A DNA stretch of 64,000 bases from positions 20,336,001 to 20,400,000 of the forward strand of contig OZ004611.1 of NCBI GenBank assembly GCA_963924565.1, read 5' to 3'. Under the pieces are notes generated by a model, which had not been told where the DNA came from, ran no database searches, and worked only from the letters and a program-made list of their open reading frames with translations. The stretch comes from Ascidiella aspersa. Taxonomy: Eukaryota. The position numbers and the translations under genes are program-made. Below, one piece after another: positions 50,481-62,240 of the stretch; position 1 is the first letter of the stretch, and each line of letters begins with the position of its first letter.

Positions 50481-51352
50481 CAAAAAATGTTGCCACACTA
50501 CATGCCTTATTTTGTTGCAAAGGATGTATATTGGTCTTACCTTGTCCATCAAGTTTTACAATCTTTCCTAAACCACATTTTTTCAATGTAGCCACATTGA
50601 TTCCTTTTTTTGCGTGTAGGATGCATATTAGCCATACTGTGCCCGAACAAGTTTTACGGTCGTTCGTACTGTGTTAAACAGCACTTTGTCAAAATATTTT
50701 GTAATACCTGGTTTTGAGTTACGACAGATCCCGTTTTTTTAGTGTAGTCACATTGCCTTTTTTGCGCAGGATGTATTTTGGCCTTACTTTTTCCCACCAG
50801 TTTAACAATCTTTACTGTGTTAAACAGCCCGTTTGGTTAGGTTTGTAATACCTGGTTATGGGTCAAAGGAGGCCCAGATTTTTTCGTTGTTTTATTTTTA
50901 TGGACAATTACAAATAAACTTGTCTCTCCCCCAATTAGGTTAAAATTGTGGAATGCGTGAAAACAAGAAATTTAAATAAATTACGAGATGAACCTGAGAT
51001 ATAAACGTAACCATAGTGCAGATCACAATCGCAGCTTGTTTTGTTGCGTTTTTTTTCCATGAGGCGAGATCTTGTATTCACTGAAAAACGGCATTCAACT
51101 AATTAGTAGCTTTGGCACAACAATGAACCAAACTAAACTCAATTGAAAACATTTTTTTTTGCAAAATGTATTAGAACTTTCGACATTTCAGTCTAATTTG
51201 TCGAAAGTTAATAAACAGTAATTTTGTCTTGACCCCATTTTTTCCTAGCGATAAGTTTAAAAATATTGGCGAGTGCCGAGTTTCGTTGCGCAATACAACG
51301 ACTGTTGTTGCAATGGTCAAATGTTTCTGCCTAAGATTCACACAGCACAAGG

Positions 51353-51667
51353 GTATTGTGTATTTGTGTTCCACAATTTAAAAAGGACTTGAGTATTCGT
51401 GTAACACTACACAAAAACCCGAATATTGCGTTTCACTTTTTAACAAAGGTTATTGTTTAACACTGGACTAAATTGACTTGTGAGGTGTCACGTTTTATTA
51501 TGCTTGCATAAGAGTATTGTGCATTCGTGTTCCACAATTTGAAAGGAAATTGGGTATTTGGTAACACTACACAAAAACCCGAATATTGCGTTTCACTTTT
51601 TAACAAAGGTTATTGTTTAACACTGGACTAAATTGACTCGAGGTGTCACTTTTTATCATGCTTGCAT
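51353..51667. repeat. Tandem duplication of ~158 bp
   Basis: GTAACACTACACAAAAACCCGAATATTGCG...ATGCTTGCAT occurs twice (51353-51509, 51514-51667). Confidence 0.9.
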
Positions 51668-51866
51668 TTCACTGTAATTATTGGGAAAAAAATAAACAGG
51701 CGATTTTTTAAACCTTTTTTGTAATTCACACTTGTTATTGCGCAACCATGTCAAGTAGATTAAATAAAAAAAATTCAACTTGAGGTTTGTCCGGTATTGA
51801 GCTCATCTAAAAACGTGTTCTTTAATAAAAAATTGGGATTTTTCAAGTATGTTTATGACTCTCGAG

Positions 51867-52182
51867 CAGGGCTGCGGAGTCGGTTGAAAATATCCCGAGT
51901 CCGACTCCGGCCAAATATGCGATTTTGTCAAGTCCTGAGTCTGGCTCAGACTTTACAGCCTGGATTCCGCCAATTAACGTAACTAAATACGGTAGATATT
52001 TAGCAACGCACTTCTAGGGGTGTCATATAACTCATCCAGTTACAATACTTGGTTGCAAACTATTCACCATACGCTATTACACCTTCACAGTTTACAGTTT
52101 GCGGTAGTATCAGTTTCAAAAGTCGGACTCAGGAAGTTTTACGTGGTCTTACTCGAGTCCCGAGTCTGACTCCGCAGCGCTG
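51867..52182. mobile_element. hAT-like MITE with GGAGTCGG repeats
   Basis: TIR CAG(G/C)GCTGCGGAGTC; imperfect TSD CTCTCGAG/ATTTCGAG. Confidence 0.7.
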
Positions 52183-52214
52183 ATTTCGAGTACTGGATTT
52201 ACAAGTAGCGTGAA

Positions 52215-52683
52215 TCATATTTCATATAGGCCTACACCAATAATATCCATTAGTTGTTGGTATAGAGAAGTTGTTCACAATTATTTTAGTGTGTCCCTTT
52301 TAATCGTTTGGCTGAAGGCGTGGGCCCCCAACGAAACCAGTTAAACTAGAGGGGTGGAACAAGCGTTTTGTTTCAGAGAGGCCAAAAACATTTTTTTTAT
52401 GATGACGTCACTAAGTTACGTCATACCATGACATTAAGCAAGAACTTAAGAAAAGCTCCTGTTGTCGGTAAACCGCGTTGCAAATATTTAACAAATTTAA
52501 GTCTACAGTTTGCGCGAGGCGCAAACAAATGCGTTTATTTGGTTTAATAAGGCAAATCGCTTCTAGGGCCGTTGACTGTAAACCAGTGTTTCGCAACCTT
52601 TTTTGGGTGGCGGCACCCTACAGAAATTCTAAATAATTCGCGGCACACTTGTTCGTATTGCTTGCTGAGTGGCTAACTGTAAC
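52215..52683 (+). repeat. ~467-bp direct repeat, copy 2
   Basis: Nearly identical to 48383-48848; contains only the left part of the 48749 MITE. Confidence 0.95.
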
Positions 52684-53472
52684 TCACACAGGGCAATCCA
52701 TCCTTACCTCTCTTATCCCATAGCGGCGCCTTCGCGGTGGAACAACATTGAGGGGCGCTCTGCTGAAAAAAACAACAACATTCGTTTACAAACTGAAGAA
52801 AGCTGCAGTTATATAAAAAATAACAAACCCATAGTTTCTATTAAAGGGTTTACCAAAACAAATGACGTTACCAAAAACGACATTCGACAGTAAAGTCGCC
52901 GAGAAAATATCAGCGTTAAAAAGTGCACCATAAAAAACAGCCTTAGTGATTCTGACGATGGCAATAAAAAGAAAAAAAATAATTATATAGTGATACCCTG
53001 TGGCATGTGAACCAGCGAAAAGCGTCGTAAGCAATCGAAGGCGGTCTTGCTGAAGCCGATCTTGGGTGGTGGTCAACAACCTTGGTGGACTATCATCTAT
53101 TAAAACAATTGCATACTTTAATAAAAAGGCTGGCATAGTTTCGAACTTGTCAGTTGAAACATGAACCTTCGTAATCGCAAGTAGCCTACTCGGTCTCGAT
53201 GCGAGTTACGCAAGTAGTTTAGGTGATAGGACTAGGTAGTGTTAACACCAATGTTACAAGTATGAAAAACATATCGTAGTCGGAGATGATAGAATGTTTT
53301 CGGAGAGTTTGTGAATATCATTATATTTTCGCAAGGTAAGTTTTCGTCCAGTTAGAGTAGCAACGTTAAACAATGACTTGCTAAAACGAAACAACATATA
53401 TGACTATCGCGCAGTTAAGTTACGCTGTCGAATATACGGAGTGTTTATAACATCAATGTTTTTCCAATGCTG

Positions 53473-56400
53473 CTATACAACATAACACGAATTACCACCC
53501 ATATCCGTGTCGAAAGTACGATCTCTTTGGCGATTGGAAGATACTCCAGGGTCGAAGCTGTCTTGGTGCACTGTCCAAAAAAAAAAATACCAAAATAAAT
53601 TATCTTTTAAATATTTATATGTTGTCCGAACTGACAAGGTTACTTTTTCATTTGAAAAAACGTTAGTTTATACACAAAAAGTGTAAAATAAAATACATGC
53701 CCAAACATAAACTGTAAAAGTAATAAAGCTTGTTACAGTTAGGTCGTACTTCAAACTTGCAATTTGCTATCAATTTTACAAAACAAATTTGCATAGATAT
53801 CTTGGCTAATTTAATAGCGATTTTTGCAACAAATTTTAAGTCGTACCATCAGAAGTTGGCTGATTCGGTGACTGGTTGGGTGTTAGACAAGCAGAGCCGT
53901 TGTTCTGCACAACCTAGTAGTGTATCTTTAGTTTAATTAAGTACTTTGTAAAAAAGGCAAATAATCAAAATGGACATTTCAACAGTTGTCAGATTTCCAT
54001 TGAGAATATTATTGAATGTATTGCACAACAAAGAAAAAGCTTGTTTAAGAAATTCAAAAACCACCAAACCCAAAGAATTAAGCTTTTACCAAGGGTAGGG
54101 GTGAGGAATACTTAGTATTGCGGGCGGTAGGAATTGCACAGCATTTCATTTTATATTTTTCGTTTTTATTACCCTAAACCAACTTAAACGGGACAGAACA
54201 AACGTGGAAACGGGCCCCTTTAGAATCTTAAAAATTAAAGAAACAAACCAGACTTGGACAACTAGATAATTCTAGTTCTAATTCAATAAATTAGAGCAAA
54301 ATGCGGCTAATTCCACTTCTAATCTAATTTGTGAATTGCTTGTTTGCTTTAATTCTAGTTGTAATCTAATTCGGATTTTACCAAAAATCCTAGTTTGTCC
54401 AACGACATTTTTAGTCTCTTAGTGAAAACAAAGAATTTGAATTTAAACTCTTTGGTTAAAACGTAATTTTCACGGACTAAAAATCATATGCTATGCTAAA
54501 ATGCTTAAAAATTAGCACACACATAATTGAAATGCACATTCCTATCAAAATGCTACTCGATTTAAATGTAATTGATTGTGAATAATAAAATGTAATTTTA
54601 GTTTAAATTCGTTTTTTTAAGAATTCGGTAATTCTAATTCCAATCTAAATTGAGAAAACTCAAAATGATCTAAATCTAATTCTAATCTAATTTGGAAAAA
54701 CTAAAATGCTCGTACAGGGTCAACATAAAAACAACCAAAACTAGAATTGGTTCGTAATGATTTATACAAAGTCATGTTGAGCTGTGGCATATACAGTATG
54801 CGGTTATTAAATAGCGATTGCGCACAAGTTCAAAACCTAAAAAAAAGTTCTCAAACACAGCATTTCAGGTGGTGAGAAACGTAAAAGTAAAACCAAAATG
54901 CAATAAATTAAGACTGGACTTAATTTTAAGCTACATTCATCATCCTCGCAAATCCGTTATTTGTGAGTTTTTAGAGAAACATACCGCAGGAGGAATTACT
55001 GCAGGCTGAGCTTGCTCTTCTTGTTCGTCCTGCAAAATTTGAGCAACATAAAACAACCATGGCATTTGAACAAATATACAAGTAGTTACGTGCATTTATA
55101 TTCAGAATATTTCGTATATTAATATTTTTATTTCGACATAACAGTACTCACTTTGAGGTAAAATATATGCGATTCTAGCAAAGGCCCTTTATTACCAACA
55201 TCAAACTTTATACAAACTATTAAGAAGTGGTGATTAAATATATTTTTAAATTAAAACCCACTTGACCACCGTGACAAGCTCATTTTAAGCGTCGTTTTTG
55301 TTTATAGATAATATTTTTTTTAGAGTTAACATGTTAAATAGATTAGTTACATAATAAACTGAGAGTTTTTAGATGCACGATTAATTGTTTGATATAACAT
55401 AGCGGAGAAAAATATCACCCTGTCACTTGAAGCTTCAACTGAATCTCTTGTAGCTTTGTTTCTTAAAACAAAATTTTATAAATGCCTTTAACATATTTTT
55501 AAAAAAAGATACAATTTACTCTATTACCAAACCAAATAAGTTTATTCACAATCTTGTAGTTTTGAATTTTCAATGGTGTTAAATCGATTGTAAAAGTAAC
55601 CAAAAAAAAAACGAAAGCAACTTACTTCACATCAGGCATTCCAGTAACGACGCCATCTGTCAAAATGAAAAGACTATCTAAGTTTGGCAATTTTTCACAC
55701 AAACCAAAATTAATGATTTTTACTCCTATAATACCATTTTAAGTTGCAAATTATCACCAATTAATAAGTAATTAGTGTATAAAATAGGGATTCAGTTCAC
55801 TATTAAATAATATTGGGTCAACTAATGCAAACTTAGCTAACAGAAGCTAAATAAAAGTATTACTTTAACATAATTTTATATTAAGGTAATTTACCGAAAA
55901 ATGGATCTGTACCACTCAGACGTTTTGTTGGAATTCTAAACAACACGTAAACTTGGTTAATTAAAGTACAAAACAAGAAAAATATATATTTAAAAAAATA
56001 ATGTATAAATGCTTAAAAACACAATTTCGCACTTCGATGATGCTAACTAAAATAAATAAATTTATGGTAATAGATATGGGTTTCAGGATTTTAAAATGAA
56101 AATATATTGAATTTCTTGCAGCAACTAAAACACTATATTCTACCACAAATAAATTTTAGCTGGTGGCAAGCATTTAACAGTATTCAAGTTATTATAGGGC
56201 AATAGAATACATAAAATCGCAAGAAACAATTGCAAAATTCGAATAAAAGATTTGGTAATTTTTTAAAGATATGTTGATCATAAATGGCTTCCAGGCCAAT
56301 GCTATAACCTAGTGTTCAAGGCAATTTTGGCTGTCAATAACAACTTATTCTTACGTGAGTGGCACTTCTTTTTTAACATCAACAAAGATTTCAGTCTTTC

Positions 56401-59400
56401 CCCCTGAAAACATGAGAACCAGATTAAAAATGTACAAAGAGAAAAAACAAGAAAATATAATTTAAATACAGTGTTAACAGCAAAGAGTAGGACAAAATGT
56501 TTATTGTATGCTTATAGAAATTGTATGGATAGTTAAATCATGTTCTTTTAAACAAAAATTAAACAAATTGTAAACCAATATTTAAATTAAATGAACATAG
56601 GTAGGTTGCCTTAGATCTGTGGTTCTTAACCTAGGGGGTACCAACCAATTATTATGGGGTTGTACGCTCTACTATACTATTTAACTTACAAATACTGATC
56701 TTAATGATCCTATATCCGCAAGCTGGAGAGTAAGTCTGCTTTTTTGCTGTTCTATGCTTACTTAAAAATTTCATGAGTAATTTAGGTAACTGAAAAAAAA
56801 AAACGTTTCATGCCTTTGCTGTAATTAAGTATGGGGCTACAAATTTTGACAGCTTTTGTTTTTTGGCTGGACTTCATTTTGTTTTTTGGCTACATTTTTA
56901 TTTTATATGCGACAACAGGTTAGCGCAAGTATGGCTCAAGTTGTTTTTATTTGTGCAAATTTAAAATGTTTTCGCAGTATGGCCATTTCGTTATCACAAC
57001 TGCTTTATGTGGTTTCTATACAGCCTTCTGGCAGTGTCAATGTCCCCCAGAACATATTGTCAAAAAGACATTAAATGCCATTTAAAAAAATATATACAAA
57101 TATTTTTTGTGTTGCAATGTATTATGCTCATATATTAAAAGGTTTTCCACTTAAAACCGAAAAAATGATTTTTTTATGTGTTTCGCATAATAAGATTAAA
57201 CTTCAGTTGCAGATTTGTGCAAAGTTTCAAATTTAGCCCTTTAAAGTTTAGTCCTATAGATTAGCGCTGGTTGTGTAATTTATGAAATTAAAACTTTACT
57301 AAAAAAAACTAAGAGCAATTACAATTATTTTAGTATATGGAATTAACAAGACCAGAATTGCTTTTGTTGATGAAATGTTATTATTATGATTTTTGATTTT
57401 GGTAATATCAGTATCTAAGCCTGCTCCGACATTTCTAGTTGTTGATCTATTTTCCATATTGTAAGATTTGCTTTTGGTATAACATTTATTAAATATCTTG
57501 AAGGGGGTACAAAGGACAGGACAATTTTCAAAAGGGGACATAATAGAAAGAAGGTTAAGAACCACAACCTTATAAAGAAACACTGTAAAAAAAGTATCCC
57601 ATGAGATACATTTCAAGGTTGGATTTTTTTTACTTACATTTCAGTTGACTTTTTAGCAGAAAACGGTCCAGAAGTTTCTTTTGGAATAAAGCCTAAATAC
57701 ACCATACCAATTAAATTCATAAAATAAAGTTGATACTAACCAGGATAAGAATGTTAAGGCTCACACTTAGAGCAGAATTTTGAACACCAGTTTCGCTCTG
57801 TGATTAATTATTCCTAACTAAAGCACACAGCCAAACAGCTGCTTTATATATAGGTAAATCAAAATCTTTTTTCTTGGCAAATAGAAAACTAAGACAGAGA
57901 ACAATTTACAACTAACCTTGTCTTTTGGTTGTTGTTGTATCCGAATGGGCAAATCTTCTTCTACAAAAATGTACACACGGTTTAATGTAATAATAGCACA
58001 AAACAATGAATTAATAAACATAAACTTGTTTTTAAAAACCAAGCGTATAGTTTAATGACAAGTAGGCAAAAATAATTATTATATTCAGTTTTTGGAATGG
58101 ACAGGCAGACAGGACATTTTATATTTGGTCTATGTTGATACAATTGTACAATGCACATGTTAGCAGCACAATGAAAATTAAAATTGTTTGCATATTGACT
58201 TCCTAATTTTTTTGTTACATTAACTACCAATTTTTACCAATTTTAATTCATACCTGCCATCACTTGACTATCCTCCGTGAAGGCTTTTGGATCATAGTGT
58301 GAATAGTTCTCTTCTTCACTTGCAGGGATAGGAAAATCGTCATCTGGTTCAGCTTTCAACAAAAAATGATACATATATATAATTATAAATGTTAAGTTTT
58401 TTTTTAAGAATGGTTAACTTTCTATTTATTCTTTTGTCCTGTTTTTATTATTTCTCAGTCATGGCGTGGCTTATCTGATTTATTAGTATGTGACATTATT
58501 TGTATGATGTCCATAGGTCAGAGGAGAAAAAAAAACAAAGCTGATTTTGAGTTTTCTAAATTTCAAACTTAGTTTGACTTTAATGGTACTAAAGGTTTTC
58601 ACCTTTAGTTGCAATTATATTGCCCTGAAGAAGATTGCCCAAATAAGTGGCCGAAACATTGACACTTTAATAAATTTTTGCCAGAAGAACAATTGTACCA
58701 TTGAAACAATGCCTGGCAGCAACAGCATATTCATTATTTTGGCTTTTGTTAGGACATGAGTCTTTTAAAAGTTCGTGAATAAATTACCTTCAGTTTCTGG
58801 GGCAACAAATGCCTTTGGAGATTCAGCAGAAAACTCAGCTTGTATTTGTCCATCACTTCGTTCATCATGAATAGGTCCAACAGGTCTTTCAAATACTTCC
58901 ATTTTGTTTGATATAGGAAAAACTTCAACAATATCTGTATTGCAAATAAAATTATAGTGTAACACCACATGTAAGTATGTGTTTACAAAATTTTAACGTT
59001 TTTTCTGACAAAACAAAAGAACTCTAATGAATATGGCTGAACCCTTTTATTACAATTGAAAAAAGGCAAATAAAAGTACAGATAACGCATCACAAAATAT
59101 TTTTCTTGCTCATTGAAATTCAAAGACTTATATATAACATATTTGTGTTTTATTTTCCTGAACTACATTTATACCCACATGCAAACTGTACACTAAGCCG
59201 AGTTCTTTGTTGCAAACTTGGGTTGCAAGCTCACTAAAATAACATTTAGGGTATTCAGGAATTAATTTAACAACAAATGTTGTTGAAGATTCAGGAGAAA
59301 ACATTGCCTGTATTTGACTGTCACTTAGATCGTTATTAATAGGTTCAAAAGGCATTTCACATACTTCTCTTTTGTGTGATAAAGAAGCTTCAATAATGCC

Positions 59401-62240
59401 TGCTTTGTAAATAAAATAGGTATTCTAAAGTTTTGCAAAAATCCTATTCAAAGAAGTTGCTTGTAACTCAATTCAAAAGTTAAAAACCAAAAAAGAAAGG
59501 GGAAGTTTAATAAAATATTAAAATTGATTTTAGTAAGTTTACTTGATTGCTTTTAGCTTTTCTTCAAATCTCAGCTCAGATTACCAAGCTTCTAACGGCA
59601 AAAAAAAAATAGTGTTGCAAACACTGTTTTACTTTGGTATCACTAAACAACAAAAACTGCAAAAAAAGTCTTCCGACAGTATGGCATGTAAGTTTTTTGA
59701 CATATTTAAAAAATTATACTTGTTTGGCCTAAATATGCACTTAATTATTTTATTATTATTACAATAATAAACTATAATATAGGTTTCACAGATATCAAAA
59801 TTGGATTACAGTGTTATGGTATTTTTTATGCTACTTCTTAATTACCTCCTGAGCACAAATTACCTTCACATTAACAAACAATGCTGCAATCCAAATTGTA
59901 CACTTAATTTAGTTACACGCTAATTAGCAGGATTTAAAGGTTATAGATAGTGGAAACTTTATCTAGCCAATATAACCATTCAAAAAAAAAAACAGTGGAC
60001 AGTGGAGAAACATGACCTAAAGTATAAAGTTACAGTTTTTCGTGAAACCTGAAATATAAACCATTCTTATCGCCTTTACTTGCGCCTGTGCTTTTACGTG
60101 CATTTTAATTGTTTTCATTTCTACTTTGACCTGATGAAGCACGGTTGTGCGAAAGCTTGTCGAGAATCAAATACAATTTGTCTTTATACAGTGCCACCTG
60201 ATTTCTCTATTTAGAATTAGGACAAATACGGCCATATACAAAGATTACTGAAATATAAAATGTGTGTACCTGTTTTGTTCGGAGAGCAATTCCGTCTGTC
60301 GCTCTGTGGCTTCGGAGTGCTCAGATCATAATTTGGGTGAGCATGAATATCAGCTTGATCAAGAATGTGTTTGCTGTGTAACACAACAAACACTACATTT
60401 TTAAGTAAAACTGATTTATTTAAACTTTAATAACATAATTCAATTGATACAAATTGCATACATTTTTTGACATTAAAGATTGAGCTATTTTTTTGTTCGG
60501 AAAGCAATCTTTAAAAGTAATACATGCTATGTTCATGTCTTGTTTGTCAAAGGCAAACTATTCCACTCAAAACAAACTTTACTTATTTCAATATATTTGC
60601 AAGTAATTTTTAACTAACCTGGAGTGAGGCACAGGCCTATCAGGAAAGCAGGCGGAAATATCACTATAAATTAAGAAAAAGATTAACCAAAAAATATATT
60701 TAGTTAAATATGAGTTTTCTTCAGAAACTTACGTAGTAGAAAACATAATGAAACAGGGTTTAACATAAGACTGATGTCCTTAAACATTGCTAATTAAAAG
60801 CTTCTTAAGAACAAGAAAGCATTTATTATGAATCATTCAATATTTTATAGGCAAAGTTACTTCCTTTTTATGATAATTTAGTACATACCAAGCTTATTAA
60901 TACTTTAAATTACCTCTGTTCGGAGTTTTTGATTAATGGGCCATCAATCTGCATTTAAAACTTTGTTTAAAAAATACTCATCCAAGTTACTTTAAAATCA
61001 TAATTTTTACCATAAATCATTAGCAAAAATCTTACAGGCTATTTTATCTTTTGGTGGAACCCAAATTCCAATAATTACCTAATATGCTAATTATGGGATA
61101 TTGACTCATTAAATTTTAAATTAGTAAAGCAGTCACATGCTAAACCAGTGGTTCTCAAACTGGGGTCCGCGGGACAATTTTCTCGGACCGCTAAGCACAG
61201 GAGAATATTTTTTGTGCAACAAAAAAAGAAAAAAAAAAGAAAGAAAAGTCAAACTCAGGCTCTACCTATACATGCAAAATGACATTACGCTAACGTACTT
61301 GTGCTCGTCATCACAAGCTACAATTAGTTGTTTATTCATGTGATTGCATGTTAAGTTGAATTGTGCCTTGTGACGACATAATCTTGCGTTGAATTACGTT
61401 TTTACAGCTTGGTGCACTACCACTGTGGGCGTACTATGGTCACGGTTTTAAAACTGTTTGTGATTGCTTTACTCAAACAAAGTGATTTCTTAAGGAGTTT
61501 TCACATTTTCATGGAGATTTTGACCACGGTCAGTCTTATACCATAAAAACAGCTCTAGACGCAGTTAGGAACTTAGCCAATTTACATAACAGGCTGCGCT
61601 ACAATACTAAATACAGTATTAATAAATCTGTTATTTTGTGTATATTTTTTAGTGGACCATTGCATATTTTTTATAAAAAAGTTTGAGCACCCCTGCTTTA
61701 AACCGTTACAAAGATGTCACAAGTGTTTATTTCTGCAGAAAGTACATAAATAATGAAATAGCTTTGGTTGAAAAAATTGGAAACTAAGCAATATTAATCA
61801 AATAACATCACTAACCCTTAAAAAACATTACATACATACAACTAGAAATACCTGCTGGGTAACCTGTATATCATGTCCCGTGGAGCTGCTGCAATAAGCA
61901 GAACTGTAAAAATTAAATTTAGAAGTCAAGTTTTGTGCAATATTGATAACATCTCCTGTCAATGAAAGACACACAGTAAGTACACACACATAAGGGCCGA
62001 ACTAAGTGCACATCTGAGCGTTTTTAGATGCCACGAATTTCTGGCAGGGTGCAAAACGCTCTGGAATTAGACCAAGTTGCACTTGCAATTAGTGTGTGAC
62101 TTACACTTCTAGAAAAACTTTAAAAAAGGATAAAGATACACTGTCAATTGCTCAGTTTAGGTTTACTATAATATTATTTTTGTTGGGGTAATTTTGTTGA
62201 GAGAAACTCTCCTGTGGTCAATTATTCTGCATAAACCCAT
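53473..62240 (-). CDS. Uncharacterised gene made of many short exons, low-complexity or disordered product; may extend beyond the window
   Basis: GT-AG exons that mostly chain in phase: 62240-62167(?), 61903-61852, 60948-60914, 60663-60619, 60373-60270, 59399-59175, 58934-58788, 58352-58254, 57960-57917, 57692-57638, 56403-56355, 55935-55895, 55656-55626, 55174-55152(?), 55029-54985, 53570-53473. No family motif recognised. Frame of the 57.6-kb exon and both termini are uncertain. Confidence 0.6.
58621..58674 (+). ncRNA. Degenerate hammerhead-like motif (Penelope-like remnant)
   Basis: TGCC-CTGAAGA-AG...GGCC-GAAA-CATT-GACA followed by AATAAA; stems I-III are mismatched. Confidence 0.4.
60061..60247 (+). 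mobile_element. Short Penelope-like/retrozyme-type insert carrying the hammerhead
   Basis: 187 bp flanked by a perfect 12-bp direct repeat CTGAAATATAAA (60049-60060 and 60248-60259). Confidence 0.65.
60125..60164 (+). ncRNA. Minimal type-I hammerhead ribozyme (Penelope-like element type)
   Basis: TTTGAC-CTGATGA-A-GCAC(GGTT)GTGC-GAAA-GCT-T-GTCGAG: core CUGAUGA/GAAA, 4-bp stem II, palindromic AGCU in place of stem III, stem I GAC/GTC extended by G-U and A-U pairs. Confidence 0.75.
61146..61695. mobile_element. hAT MITE
   Basis: CAGTGGTTCTCAAACT...AGTTTGAGCACCCCTG; flanks both end in TAAAC. Confidence 0.7.

Noticed and set aside
48383-52683. LTR retrotransposon
   Set aside because: No TG...CA ends, PBS, PPT or gag/pol remnants seen; the repeat bisects a MITE.
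52786-53136. 116-aa hydrophobic ORF
   Set aside because: No motif or convincing splice context; likely 3' UTR or intergenic sequence.
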